Positions 39,458 through 52,612 of a stretch of 64,000 nucleotides of DNA are shown here, in pieces. The notes below the pieces were generated by a model. The model did no database searches and was not told where the DNA came from. It saw only the letters and a list, made by a program, of their open reading frames with translations. The first letter of the stretch is position 1, and every line of letters begins with the position of its first letter. The stretch is from Octopus sinensis (Eukaryota). The position numbers were made by a program, and so were the translations under genes. The stretch is from positions 5,518,001-5,582,000 of the forward strand of contig NC_042998.1 in NCBI RefSeq assembly GCF_006345805.1, in the 5' to 3' direction.

Positions 39458-41346
39458 TGATTATTAATAATGAAAGTCCACAATGTTGGCAATGATTTAC
39501 AATATACAAGTCATCCTTGGAATGTTCAGTTTGTGTGTCAGAGAAGGATGGATTCCCTGTAATGGCGTTCCAGTTGACCTTTTAAGTTTCACCATTAATG
39601 TTATTATTTCCAGTTTGATAGGGTTTTATTGTCATTTTTTGATTTCTTTTCTTTTGTGGGGAGTTGTATGACAAACTGAAGATTTCGATGAGGATAACAC
39701 TTTACACATGCTCTGCGTATTTTCCGACTTCTGGGATTTTGGATTTACCTCATCCATTTTTTTTTAATACTCTAGGAAAAACTAAAGCCCATGATAAAGT
39801 CTCAAAGGTGCGTATCTGCGCTTTATATTTCTGTATTCTTTTGGTTTCTCGATAAAGTATTTGATGAGGGAATTTGCCTGCTGCTGCTGGATTATGATTA
39901 TGTAGCGTGACGTTGTTATTGCAGCATGTAATGAGGTGTGACTTGCTGCTGTATATTTTTACACGTAACGTTTTATAACATGTTTTTGAAGATACAAATC
40001 ATTGCAGCTTTCTACTGTTCCGTTAATATTATTTGTTAACTCTTATTTAATTTGGTTATGTATATGGGATTGGATTTTGTGCTTGATGCTTTCTCAAATT
40101 TTTTATCCTGATAGTTATTTCAGTTGTGTAATTGTTTGAGGTGTATGTACTGCATTATCTATAATTGTGATCTTGTTGAGTTCCTCAAACATTAAATTTA
40201 TCTCTCGGGGAAATATTTCCATTCGACTTAATTGATAACTGTGAAAAATGTTTTTTTCTGTCTTGTACATTGGTGTTTTCGGCGTAGAAGATAATCCGTT
40301 AAGGTTTTAGTGATTACCATTTCAGAATAGAAAATCCAAGTTTGAAAGAAATAGTGGATAAAATGTTCGTTCAAACTGTGTGATCAAGAGACTAACCAGC
40401 TATTTAACAAGACTGATATTATTGGAATTAATATTAGAGATGCTAGCAATTAAAAACTTAATTAGTAACCTCCGTAGACAAGAACTTCTATGCTCAAAGA
40501 ACTACTATGCTCATGTATGTATTCTCATTGCTTTTTAATTTATTTTTTAAAATTCCTATTATGAAGACTTTGGTTTCTAGACCAGAGGAATCGTCATTGG
40601 AGTTTAAACCCCACACCATGGTGTTATGTACTAAAGGTTAGAAAAGTTTACATATTTCGACTGACCTTCTTACTAATTGGCTTTGTGGAATATATATTTA
40701 ACAATTCTTTCTTTGCCTGAAAAGACTTTTCGAGATTTTAACATAAACATTTAAATAACCAAGTACGTCGGTCATTAAAGGTACAAATGTAAATTTATAA
40801 CCTGAACAGAGAAGTTGTAGGTTTTCGAACACATGTCTATGAATGTTTTTTCTCGTTGATGTTAAATACAATACTTATATATTTGAAATAGAAGCTCCTA
40901 AATGTGAGGTGATGTAATTATCCCGCATCCAACAAGGAAACACTCTCGGTCTTTATGGGATCTTGCTAAATTTCACCCAACCACTTGAAGTATTTCAAAT
41001 TTTCACCACATTACTTTCAAAGGATGTAATTTTCAATGCTGAAACATTATCGATCGCAGGTACATAGTGTGTTTTGTTCATACACCAATTTTCTGCGGGA
41101 TAATGTTCTGGGAAAGCTCTTTATATGACACCGAATTTTAAAGAAAACTGTCCAGGCGCGACAACTTGCCTCAAAGTCAACGAGAATGATAGATTTCGAA
41201 ATTTAATTTTGTTTCATAGGTGCTACATTTATGGTGTTTCATTTAATGTCACAACATAAAAATGGTATTTAGCTTATCTGTGTAAACTTTCTGCATTGTT
41301 AGAAGCTTTCATTATTTCTCATTTCATTCATTTTTCTATCCCGTCC

Positions 41347-41478
41347 AGGCGCGGTTCCATGAATTTTCCGAAGGGAGGGCACAAGGTCAGAATGGAATAC
41401 AATTCCAGGTGAAAAGGACGTAATAACATTATTTAGAAAGGTACCCCTAACTCCACCCCTTCCTTGAGTCCGCCGCCT
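41347..41478. mobile_element. Small MITE, possibly PIF/Harbinger-like
   Basis: Imperfect TIR: AGGCGCGGTTCCA versus rc of right end AGGCGGCGGACTCA. Confidence 0.35.
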
Positions 41479-41950
41479 ATCGTCTATATTTTGTTTTGGG
41501 CATGCTTTACCTAAGATAACATCATTAAAAACGTCCTTTGTTTTCTTAAACCAGTAGAGCGAAGTTTGATTAACATTGGGCTGATATTTCTATCAGGTCA
41601 AGAGATTGTGTAAAGACTCTCTTATGCAAGTTGATAACAGAGGTAAGTAGGAGAATAAGGACTTTTTTTCCAATTCTCTTTTTTTTTTTTTGTTATATTT
41701 ATATTACATCATATTGTTCTTACCGAATCTCTAATAATCTCTTGAAATAGTTCAATGTCCTTAATTAGTTAACTAATCAACTTCTACTTTACTTGACATG
41801 ACAGCCTTAACAGAAGACTATACTGAATTCTTCTAGCATAGTCTCTTGCACCCGTTTTCAAAGATTTTGCCTGATCAGTGTTCATAGAAAGACGAAACTA
41901 ATGAGATATATTCGCTAATGAACGTTTTCTTACGTCGAAGGATGACTTAC

Positions 41951-41994
41951 CAGTTGATAAAGCTATTCCTAATGCGTTTCTCCATTTTATCTTT
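41951..41994 (-). CDS. Candidate first coding exon of the profilin-like gene (ATG at 41985)
   Basis: TTTCAG acceptor and TG|GTAAGT donor; AAAATGG start context; MEKRIRNSFIN-TG joins in phase to 35761 to give W. Confidence 0.45.
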
Positions 41995-42158
41995 CTGAAA
42001 CATCTTTGAAGTTACAATCCATTGCAAGCTCTTCTAAAGTCTTTAGTCATCAATAATTTTTTGTGACAGTTTAGGTTTGTTGAAAAGAATACATCTAGAA
42101 ACGATTTCATATTTTAGATTTTTTTTAACACTCACAACGAGTTCTTCAAGCATACAAA

Positions 42159-42189
<31 letters not shown>

Positions 42190-42376
42190 TTCTTCTTCTT
42201 TCAAATTTGCTTCCATTTCTTGCCGAGTGTCTTCCCGACTCCTAGGGCAAAGAAACTCATAGTATACATTGGTAGGCCATTAAACCAAACTCAGTAGTTC
42301 GTTCATTTTTTTTTTTTTTTTAAATACATGAGCAGCAACAGTTCTCACATCGACAATGCTCTTCTCAATACGTGAG

Positions 42377-42424
<48 letters not shown>

Positions 42425-42547
42425 ATTATTATTCAAAAGAGTTATATGATTTTGTAAACTAGATGTGAGAGATAGCTTTGTCTACGAGAAAACTAACATG
42501 ACAGTCGGGAACAATATCAATGAAATTTTCAAAACAATTTCATCATA

Positions 42548-42826
42548 ACCGAAGCCTTGTGAGTAGATTTGGTAGACGGAAACTGAAAGAAGCCCGTCGT
42601 ATGTGTGTGTGTGTGTCTGTGTTTGTCCCCGCCCCCCCAACATCGCCGCTTGACAACCGATGCTGGTGTGTTTGCGTCCCCCGTAACTTAGCGGTTCGGC
42701 AAAAAAGACGGATAGAATAAGTACTAGGCTTACAAAGAATAAGTCCTGGGGTCGATTTGCTCAAGCATGGCGGTGCTCCAGCATGGCCACAGTCAAATGA
42801 CTGAAACAAGTAAAAGAGTAAAAGAG
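42548..42826 (+). mobile_element. S1 SINE, 5'-truncated
   Basis: S1 body and tail. Confidence 0.85.
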
Positions 42827-43480
42827 TATACATACATACAGACAGAAAGACGTATATAGATTGATAGAGAGAGAGAGAGAGAGATTCATTTACACGTATA
42901 TATACATATATGCCTGTACATGAGTGAGTGTGTATATATAGAGAACGACTTTTACTGCACAGATATTGTTCTGTGAAGGAAGTTAGAAAAAAAAGCTTTA
43001 ACGAAGCTCAGAAATCGGAAATACTATCACCTGAGTAATTATTTTAGTGTGTGAGAAAATAAAAATGATCGTGCAAATGATGATATACAAAATTATTTTT
43101 AAAAAATGATTTAACATTATTAAATAAAGTTATGAGATAGATGGTGTTAAGAAGTTTGCTGTGATGTTAAAAAGCTCACCGAGTTCGACCTAACGCGATC
43201 TACCTTTCACAAGCGCCTTCTTCCATTACTCCTAATCGGCAAAAGTTATATAAGTGAAATTTCGTAGACAGGACCTAAGAAATTTGGTAACTCGTCGGTT
43301 TGGCCGTCCATTCATGTCCTTGAGCACTAGCCTGAATTCATCGAAATCCATTGTTAGCATTCGGGTCAAGTTTCCAGAATGAGGATAATTTTCTTCCTTC
43401 CTACGAGGAATATTAACGATCCTCTGACGAAACGGTGATTCTGTGTTACCCCCCACACATACACACATACACTAGCTAAA

Positions 43481-43859
43481 TAACCCTTTCTAATATAGGC
43501 ACAAGGCCGGAAATTTGGGGGTAGTAGACTAGTCGATTACATTGACACCAGTGCTCAACTGGCACTTAATTTATCGCCCCGAAAGGATGAAAGGCAAAGT
43601 CGACCTCGGCGGAATTTGAACTCAGAACGTAAAGACGAACGAAATACCTATTTCTTTACTACCCACAAGGGGCTAAACACAGAGGGGACAAACAAGGACA
43701 GACAAACGGATTAAGTCGACCAGTGCGTAACTGGTACTTATTTAATCGACCCCGAAAGGATGAAAGGCAAAGTCGACCTCGGCGGACTTTGAACTCAGAA
43801 CGTAACGGCAGACGAAGCATTTTGCCCCACGTATTAACTATTCGGCCAGCTTGCCGCCT
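43481..43859 (-). mobile_element. Two tandem S2 SINEs with different tails
   Basis: CGAAAGGATGAAAGGCAAAGTCGACCTCGGCGG occurs twice. Confidence 0.88.
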
Positions 43860-44755
43860 TACACTAACTAAATAATAAAAGCGAGGCATTTAAAACTGCA
43901 TTCATTAAAGGGTCAACCAACTGACTGATGTTAAATTTGGGCGTCAGTTGATTTGCCCTTTATGATCCTTTAATTTAAGAGCCAACCAACAGAAGTTCAA
44001 GTTGAACATCATAACGCAACAACCGCAAAAATCTACAATATCGAACTGAAAATGTTTCTTGTCAATGATGATATTAAACAACTCGATAACTGACAAATTA
44101 TTTTTACATAACTGGAGTTACAATATTTTTCTAACTCTATAACTACGTGATAGTTATATGAATTGTGAACGACGTAGATGAAATATGTTGAAGTAGCCAA
44201 CCAACGCGAAAACAGAAAAATAGAGTATGCGAGACCAATATCACGGTGGAACAACAAGAAGGTGAAAGTGGGAAGAAGGGCGAGAGCCATGAATTGTCAT
44301 ATATTTTGGCGTGAAACATTTCAAATTTTGTCACATAACAGATTTATTTGCTGATTTACTTAATCGTAAAATTATAGAAATTTTGTTCGAAAATTAATTT
44401 TTTAATTTTTCGACTGCATTTTTCAACTGGTGTAAAGAGGATGGTGGCTAGATGAAGCTTTAGAAAATTCGACCCCAGGACTTATTCTTTGTAAGCCTAC
44501 TACTTACAAGAAGAAATGCACAATGCGGAACTGACAAAAAGTGAACCTCATTACAGGGCCTACAGTGCCGAATGCCTTCTTGCTAGCCCTGACGATGTCC
44601 GAATAAAAGATAGGGCCTTCGAGTCCGATAATTTTATAATTATATGTCTGCTTATTAAAAGTGGATCCGGAGTTAAACACCATCCACAACATTAGCTGTA
44701 AAAGGAACGGTAATGAGGATACTGTAGCTATGTTATGCTAAAATATTGAATAATA

Positions 44756-44916
44756 GGCTCAGGAATGGGTGCGTGGTAAGTAGCTTGCTTACCAACCACA
44801 TGGTTCCGGGTTCAGTCCCACTGCCTGGAGCCTTGGGCAAGTGTCTTCTGCTATAGCCTCGGGCCGACCAAAGCCTTGTGAGTGGATTTGGTAGAGAAAC
44901 TGAAAGAAGCCAGTCG

Positions 44917-44951
<35 letters not shown>

Positions 44952-45176
44952 ATGTGTGTATATGTTTGTGTGTCGGTGCTTGTCCCTCCAACATCGCTTC
45001 ACAACTGATGCTGGTGTGTTTACGTCCCCGTAACTTAGCGGTTCGGCAAAAAGAGACCGATAGAATAAGTAGTAGGCTTACAAAGAATAAGTCCTGGTGT
45101 CGATTTGCTCGACTAAAGGTGGTGCTCCAGCATGGCCGCAGTCAAATGACTGAAACAAGTAAAAGAATAAAAGAAT
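44756..45176 (+). mobile_element. S1 SINE
   Basis: S1 head, body and tail. Confidence 0.88.
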
Positions 45177-45779
45177 AGAAGAATAATTAACAAGAGAAAT
45201 AATTATCTTTAACCTTGTTTATCAATAAACAATTTTAATATGCATAAAGTACAGTTTGTTATATAATGTGTATGAATTACGTAGTAATGATTTGTCGAAA
45301 GAGAAGAGCTGCTATGATTCGTTTAAATTAGAACATAGTTAACGTTTAAAACAGAAATAAGTACTTGGAGAGAAGGTTGAGAGAAGAAAATTATCTTATT
45401 AGAGATGGGTCTTGAAACTGTCGTGTGTAAGGATTGGTTACCATAGTCGTGGGGTTGTGATGTTGTATGTGTATGATGTTATATTGCTGAAGACCATCGT
45501 CGTGTAGCCTAGCTGGCTGCGTGCATAATAAATAAAGTAGCTTGCGAACTTTTAAAATACATATTGCTGGACATAATTTACTGCGTTGGCTGTTTGGAAA
45601 AGAATGATGCTCTAAAAGAATGATGATATAAGCACCGACTGGGAGGAGAGAACCACACTGCGTTTTGTAGAAAGCAGGTTGTAGTACATCATGTGTGAGT
45701 ACTGATGTTGTTTCTTGAAGGAGTTGATATATCAGGGTGCCCGAGGTGACCTGGTCTTGGTGGTCTGCCCTCTGTGAGT

Positions 45780-46090
45780 GCCCAAGGGGGGTTATGCGAA
45801 TGCTCAGGGCCATCTGGTCTTAGTGATCTGTCGAGGCCGTCTGGCTGAGCTAGGCGTCAAACGGTTTCTATAGGGGGAAAATAAGGCGAATTTTAGATTA
45901 TCCGAGGAGCCATATCACGCCGCAGCTTCACGCTGATTGGTCATATTATAGATCAATCACATGGAACTGTTGTGGCTCACTCGTGATGGCTAACTAAATA
46001 TCGTTCAGTTAGGATTCGAATCCCTACAAAATGATTGGCCTCCAACAGCGAAAAGAAAGAATCGCTCGAAAGAACCGAACTCCAAAGTTT
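45780..46090. promoter_or_regulatory. Possible promoter: CpG-containing, GC-enriched unique sequence with two CCAAT boxes
   Basis: CTGATTGG near 45933 and ATGATTGG near 46031; no repeat family recognised. Confidence 0.25.
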
Positions 46091-46290
46091 TTTTTTTATA
46101 ATCGCAGCAAGACATTCTTGAATCTTCCATGAGGTCCTTAAACTCGAAAATTAAACTTATTTTCTACTTGACTATCTATTTATCACCAATTATCACAAAA
46201 TGATGACACTTATGAACGACTAGATATTTCTATATATCGAGCTATTAGTCATATACAGCAATCTGTAGTCAATGTCACCAGTTATAGTAA

Positions 46291-46537
46291 AGCAGCGGCA
46301 TTTCGTCCGTCCTTACGTTCTGAGTACAAATTCCGCTGCGGTCGACTTTGCCTTTCATCCCTTTCAGAGTCGATAAAGTAAGAACCGGTAGAGCACTTGG
46401 GGTCGATGTAATTGATTTACCCACTCGCCCGAAATTGCTGGCCTTGTGCCAAAATTTGGAACCAATATAACTAATTATAGTAACGCGGTGGGCTGGCAAA
46501 ATCGTTAGCAGTATTTCGTCCGTCAATACGTTCTGAG
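46291..46537 (+). mobile_element. S2 SINE plus a second head fragment
   Basis: GTCGACTTTGCCTTTCATCC body; GGCCTTGTGCCAAAATTTG tail. Confidence 0.8.
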
Positions 46538-47366
46538 TTATAGTAAATAATAATGTTATTCGCGAACAGTTCGGGTTTTCGAACTTAGACATTTTAGGTT
46601 CGAAATTGAGGAAGTAAAACAAGCGAAACGAAATAGTACAAAATAAGTTATTTGGCAGTACCAGTTCCACCAGCTCACTTCCCTCTATGGATCAAATAAT
46701 AATAGTTAAATACCTTTAGTTTGATTTTTACATTTCTTTTGTGAGCCAACGATAACTAACAGCGGTGAGATATGAATAAAAACTGCAAGGAAGCAAAATT
46801 AATATTTGAACAATAAATTTCTGTTACACATTGAAATAAAGTTATGATTTGAAAATAGTTTGTTTAGAAATTAATGTATTTAAAGCGCGATCGAAAAAAA
46901 TAAAACTGAAAATTAAAGTCACAGAAAAAAGGTATAATTCTGGCTAAAACATGTTGAGGGCAAAACGTTTCATTTCATTAGATACTATGAATAATAGTCA
47001 AAATAATTAAACAAATAATGTTTTAAGTCATTTATTAACTGGCAATACACGACTTGTACACAATGGCAACGATTTATTTAACAGCGATACACGTATGTGA
47101 CAAAAATCACGTTTAATTCAATGGAACAGAAGAAGAAAAAAATTTTAAATAGTTATTTATTGAAGCTTTTCGGCAACATTTTGTCTGTAACTTTTTATCC
47201 AGAGACTTTTTTCCTGGGTTCGTTTAAAGAAAACAGTTTAAAAAGAAAAGCTGCATGATTTAATTCTGTTTTTTTTTTCCTATGCCAAGAAAGAACGTCT
47301 ATGCTGTCGCCTCGGTGTGTTAGAAGTAGCAGCCAATTCCTCCAGAGATTAAACCCTGCCCAGTAT

Positions 47367-47571
47367 TACTCTTATACTCTTATACATGTTTCAGTCATTT
47401 GACTGCGGCCATGCTGGAGCACCGCCTTTAGTCGAGCAAATCGACCCCGGGACTTATTCTTTGTAAGCCTAGTACTTATTCTATCGGTCTCTTTTGCCGA
47501 ACCGCTAAGTAACGGGGACATAAATACACCAGCATCGGTTGTCAAGCAATGCTAGGGGGACAAACACACAA

Positions 47572-47608
<37 letters not shown>

Positions 47609-47845
47609 CATATATATATACATATATACGACAGGCTTCTTTCAGTTCCCGTCTACCAAATCCACTCACAAGGCATTGGTCGGCCCAGGGCTATAGTAGA
47701 AGACACTTGCCCAAGATGCCACGCAGTGGGACTGAACCCGGAACCATGTGGTTGGTAAACAAGCTACTTACCACACAGCCACTCCTACGCCTATTACCAC
47801 ACAGCCACTCCTACGCCTATTACCACACAGCCACTCCTACGCCTA
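47367..47845 (-). mobile_element. S1 SINE with triplicated 26-nt head
   Basis: TTACCACACAGCCACTCCTACGCCTA three times at 47768-47845. Confidence 0.9.
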
Positions 47846-48329
47846 TATGCTTCTTTATTTATTTATTTTTTTCTGTTACATCGATTTTAAATTGAATTAC
47901 TCCACGGAAAGTTTTTGTTATTATAATGCTGATCTGCACCAATAAAATAATGACGTAAGAATTTATGTATTAACAGGCATTATGTTGATACGTGAAATAT
48001 CAACTTTGTGATATTTCAATTCCATTATTTACAGTTTGAAAATTACTAGAATAAGAATGAGATAGAGAGAGTGGACGATGTGTGTGTTTATGTCTCTGCA
48101 TATATGAATCTGTATCTGTTTGTCTGTGTGTGTTGTGTATACAAGGAAGAGAGAGAGAGAGTAAGAAACAGACAGAGTATAGTTAGATCAAAATACATTA
48201 AAAAATTGTCAATCAATGTCAATTATTACACCGTGTGACTTGTACAGCGCACCGTACACGATTCGGCAATCGTTCAGGCTCGAAGGACATGCCTTCACCG
48301 TGAGGAAATAATTCTTCCAGTTCGATGTC

Positions 48330-48600
48330 AAAAACTTGTGGAGATGCATACATTTTGTAAAAGTTTCTCATCACGGGTTTTTTAAGTCGATGCTGTTCTT
48401 TGATCTTATAAATGTGTGTGTTCTTTCAACTATACAAAGCTTGCACCTTTTAAACCTATTGATATATGGTCTGGATCTTTCTAAGATACTCCGTTTGATA
48501 CTGTGTTGTATTGCTACTCTTATGTATTACTTTATCTTTGATGCTACTAGATCTATTATTTATATTTTGATGATTATTAGAGGAATTATATATTAATTTA
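48330..48600 (-). mobile_element. Penelope-like element GIY-YIG endonuclease C-terminal remnant
   Basis: SILERSRPYINRFKRCKLCIVERTHI then, frameshifted, ETFTKCMHLHKFL; resembles the PLE wsIl..a.pY...krCnLCl.EK..CrH.nKF motif. Confidence 0.7.
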
Positions 48601-49448
48601 TCTTTGAAGCCACTATGTGTAGTGTCATATTCAGGTTTTCCAAGAGAAATTTGATAATTCAGAACAAAACTATCTCGGTGACACAGGATGGAGGGGATCC
48701 TTTCGAAATTAAAGGATACCGAGCTTCTGTTTTTGAAGGGCCCCAGAAAAGTCACTGGTCCCTACTAGGTCCTCTGGAACCAGTCATATTGACCCTGGCC
48801 ACATACACCATTGACCAACTTAAACTAAACCCTGAACAAAAACGAAATGACACAACAATTAGCGATTGTAAATGAGTTACTTCTTGTAACACATTGTATT
48901 TTTCAAAAGTGTTCTTGATGATGCTTATTATAGTTTTAAAATTTCATTTATATGACACTATAAACTTGATGCAACCATTGCCCGAATGAAGTAAGATAAT
49001 TTAACATGAGTAGAACTAGCAGATCGTTTTGTAAATTCTAACAGCAAAACAGTTGCTGTATTTCAGAAAGTTCAGATTTTAAATAATTGGAAAATAGCTA
49101 TTCCACACTGACAAAAACGACGCAACCATACAGAGAAAATAGTATGCACATACAGATTTTTTTCTTCTTTTCTGGTGCACAGTTGCAATATATAGCTATT
49201 TTCCAATTACTTTAAGTCTGAACTTTTTAAGCGCTAAAACCCAAAACCAGAGGTGAATAGGAATGCTATAATTGCATCACAATCAAAAATTGCAAAAGAT
49301 AAAAGGAAAATATATTGCTGACTGCGAAAGCTGTAACAGGTGGAAAATAAACGTCTTACTGAAAAATTTCTCAATAAGCAATCAAAACACAGAGAAAATG
49401 GCGTATTATATCAAAAGAAATTCTGATCCAAATGAAATTTTGAAATTA

Positions 49449-50192
49449 CAGTAAACACTCACCATATCATGGTTCACCTATTGCAGTTCACCTATCATGC
49501 CCTTCGTACATCGCGAATTATTCTGGCTAATATAGGTAAATTTATATCACGGACTCCTCAGTATATCCGGGTTTCTGCGGTCGATAGGTACCGTAAATCC
49601 TCGAGTATAGTCCGCCCTTGTGTAAAATACGCAGGGGATTTTTTAGGGGGCTGTACTTCTGAAAAATCTAAACCTTGTGTATGATACCCACCCCTTCTCT
49701 AAATCAAGTCGTGCGTAATTAAGCCAGCAGCACCTAGTCGAACAAACACTTCGGCGCATGTGTAATTCAATAATGGTGATGTTCTTAACTGTTATATGGG
49801 AATGTAAATATGTTTGCAAATTGTTTTTGTTACATGTTATTCTGTGTTCTGAATACTTTTATTTTAATAAATGTTGCTTACTGCAAGTTAAGGATGATTC
49901 TTTTATGACTTCATTGCTTTCAGGCTGAGCTTAAGGTATTTTCGCGCCCGATATCACAAAATGCGTCTGAATAAACATTGCCGGATAGCAAATAGAGACT
50001 CGGACATTGCCTAGAAATTATTTTTTACTTTTAACCTCGTATATAGTATGCACTAGGGATTTTGAGCTTTAAATTTTGGGGGGGAAAGGGCGGATTATAC
50101 TCGAGGATTTACGGTATTTATATTTTTTAGATTTTAATTATTTCTGTGGGAGGTTTTGGAACGTAACACCCGCGATATTCGAGGGATTTATG
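49449..50192. mobile_element. Tigger-type MITE
   Basis: TA|CAGTAAACACTCACCATATC start and CGCGATATTCGAGGGATTTATG|TA end; splits the host inverted repeat. Confidence 0.6.
49591..50114. mobile_element. Tc1/mariner-superfamily MITE (CCGT..ACGG ends)
   Basis: TIR CCGTAAATCCTCGAGTATAGTCCGCCC / GGGCGGATTATACTCGAGGATTTACGG; TA TSD. Confidence 0.9.
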
Positions 50193-50630
50193 TATAATAA
50201 ACATCAAGAATACTTTTGAAAAATACAATGTATAACAAAAAGTAGCTCATTATAGCGCTAATTGTTAAGCCATGTTATTTCATTTTTGTTCAGAGTTTAG
50301 TTTATTCTGAATTACCAAATTTCTCTCGGATGACCTGAATATGACATTAAACAATTCCATTACAGGATTTCTTAAGTTGATGAGATTGATAAAATTCCTG
50401 AAATTCCTCGAGTCCTGAAATTCTAGTTGGAAAATTAGTTTCTAGTTCTAGTTTGAATATGTTTTCAGTTTAACAATCATTTTCTGTATAAACATTACAA
50501 AATACAACAGGCTGCCCTCTAAAATTCAGTGCAGTTTTTCCGCCTTGTATGGAATTATAGCTGATACTGATATTGGTAACCCATTTTGCTATTGTGTAGG
50601 ACCATAGCCAAAATTGTCGTAGATCACTTG

Positions 50631-50677
<47 letters not shown>

Positions 50678-50680
<3 letters not shown>

Positions 50681-50908
50681 TTCTTTACTACCCACAAGGG
50701 GCTAAACATAAAGGGGACAAACAAGGACAGACAAAGGATTAAGTCGATTACATCAACCCCAGTGCGTAACTGATACTTTATTTATCGACCCCGAAAGGAT
50801 GAAAGACAAAGTCGACCTCCGCGGAATTTGAACTCAGAACGTAATGGCAGACGAAATACGGCTACGCATTTCGCCCCGCGTGCTAACGTTTCTGCCAGCT
50901 CGCCGCCT
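50678..50908 (-). mobile_element. S2 SINE, full length
   Basis: rc GGCGGCGAGCTGGCAGAAACGTTAGCACG head to GTGGGTAGTAAAGAAATA tail. Confidence 0.9.
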
Positions 50909-51123
50909 TATATATCCCTCCCTTTCTCTGATTTTAATGAGGTTGAACAACTTTGAGTTAATGCCTGCAGAAAATATCACAGACGGAGACGAGTCAGCGA
51001 GAAAGCATCTATGAGATCCCTCCAGCAATTTGAGTTATGATCATAAATCTGCTCGGTCTGACTTGGACGGAAAGGAGAATCGGTGAGGTTCGAATACTTA
51101 CAACACAGTGACTTCAAGGTATT

Positions 51124-51532
51124 TACTCTTTTTACTCTTTTACTTGTTTCAGTCATTTGACTGTGGCCATGCTGGAGCACCGCCTTTAGTCGAGCAAATC
51201 GACCCCGGGACTTATTCTTTGTAAGCCCAGTACTTATTCTATCGGTTTCTTTTTGCCGAATTGCTAAGTGACGGGGACGTAAACACACCAGCATCGGTTG
51301 TCAAGCAATGCTGGGGGGACAAACACAGACACACAAACACACACACATACATATATATATACATATATACGACAGGTTTCTTTCAGTTTCCGTCTACCAA
51401 ATCCACTCACAAGGCATTGGTCGGCCCGGGGCTATAACAGAAGACACTTGCCCAAGATGCCACGCAGTGGGACTGAACCCGGAACCATGTGGTTGTTTAG
51501 CAAGCTACTTACCACACAGCCACTCCTGCGCC
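51124..51532 (-). mobile_element. S1 SINE
   Basis: Reverse complement of the S1 consensus. Confidence 0.9.
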
Positions 51533-51731
51533 TGAAACAGTATGGAATTTTGAACGTACCCCTCTTGAGAATGATAAAAAAAGAAAAGGAAATAGCATAA
51601 TCAACAATTTAAAGCGAAGTTGAAATATCATATGTCAAGCAAAACATTCTGAATAAATTTACAATTGAAAAAATCGGAGATGCATATGGCAACATCATCG
51701 TGAAAGTTTGCCAGTACTTTCAGAGAATAAC

Positions 51732-52023
51732 GTCACCCTTTTCAAGCCTAGCCAGGCTCATGGGCCCGGTTTCCCGGTTTCTGTGGCGTATATGTTCCCC
51801 ACAGCTGGTCGGGACGCCAGTTACTCAAGAAACAGGAAGAGAGAGTGAGAGAAAGTTGTGGTGAAAGAGTACAACAGGGGTCACCACAACCTCCTGCCGG
51901 AGCATCTTGGAGCTTTTAGGTGCTTTCGCTCATATAAACACACACAACGCCCGGTCTGGGAATCGAAACTGCGATCCTCCGACTGCGAGACCGCTACCCT
52001 AACCACTGGGCCATTGCGCCTCC
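51732..52023 (-). mobile_element. S3 SINE
   Basis: rc GGAGGCGCAATGGCCCAGTGG head. Confidence 0.88.
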
Positions 52024-52179
52024 GCTACCTTCAGAGAATAGAAGAGTTAAAATATTAGCGTTTAATGACCTGTCGGGACATGGTATTTCGTTATGCAACT
52101 ATAATATACTACAAATTATATTAAACGCTTTTATAAGTCAATACTGTGTTCTATCGTGTTAGCAGTGCTATTATATCAC

Positions 52180-52612
52180 TTACTCTTTTATTTGTTTCAG
52201 TTATTTGACTGTAGCCATGCTGGAGCAACTCCTTTCTTTAGTCGAGCAAATCGATCTCAGAACTTATACTTTGTAAGCCTAGCACTTATTCTATCGGTCT
52301 CTTTTGCTGAACCGCTAAGTTACGAGGACGTAAACACACCAGCATCGGTTGTCAAGTGATGTTGGGGGGACAAACACAGAAACATATACACACACACATA
52401 CATATGTGTGTGTGTGTGTGTGGTGTGTGTGTGTGTGTAAACATATATACGACTGGCTTCTTTCAGTTTCCGTCTACCAAATCCACTCACAAGGCTTTGG
52501 TCGGTCCGGGGCTATAGTAGAAGACAGTTGCCCAAGGTGTCACGCAGTGGGACCGAACCCGGAACCATGAGGTTGGTAAGCAAACTACTTACCACACAGC
52601 CACTCCTACGCC
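52180..52612 (-). mobile_element. S1 SINE
   Basis: Reverse complement of the S1 consensus. Confidence 0.9.

Larger units (their letters stand above)
48600..50390. mobile_element. Fold-back (long inverted-repeat) element hosting nested MITEs
   Basis: Left arm ~48620-48947 matches the rc of 49430-49448 plus 50193-50350; inner inverted repeat 49047-49082 / 49191-49226. Confidence 0.65.

Noticed and set aside
38100-41300. Possible decayed coding sequence (Penelope, CR1/I-type or transposase-like words such as YKAQIR)
   Set aside because: Only isolated short motifs amid many stops; I could not assign a family.
41595-41640. Plus-strand 46-nt exon-like segment (TTTCTATCAG..AG|GTAAGT)
   Set aside because: Good splice sites but no partner exons or recognisable peptide; chance occurrence cannot be excluded.
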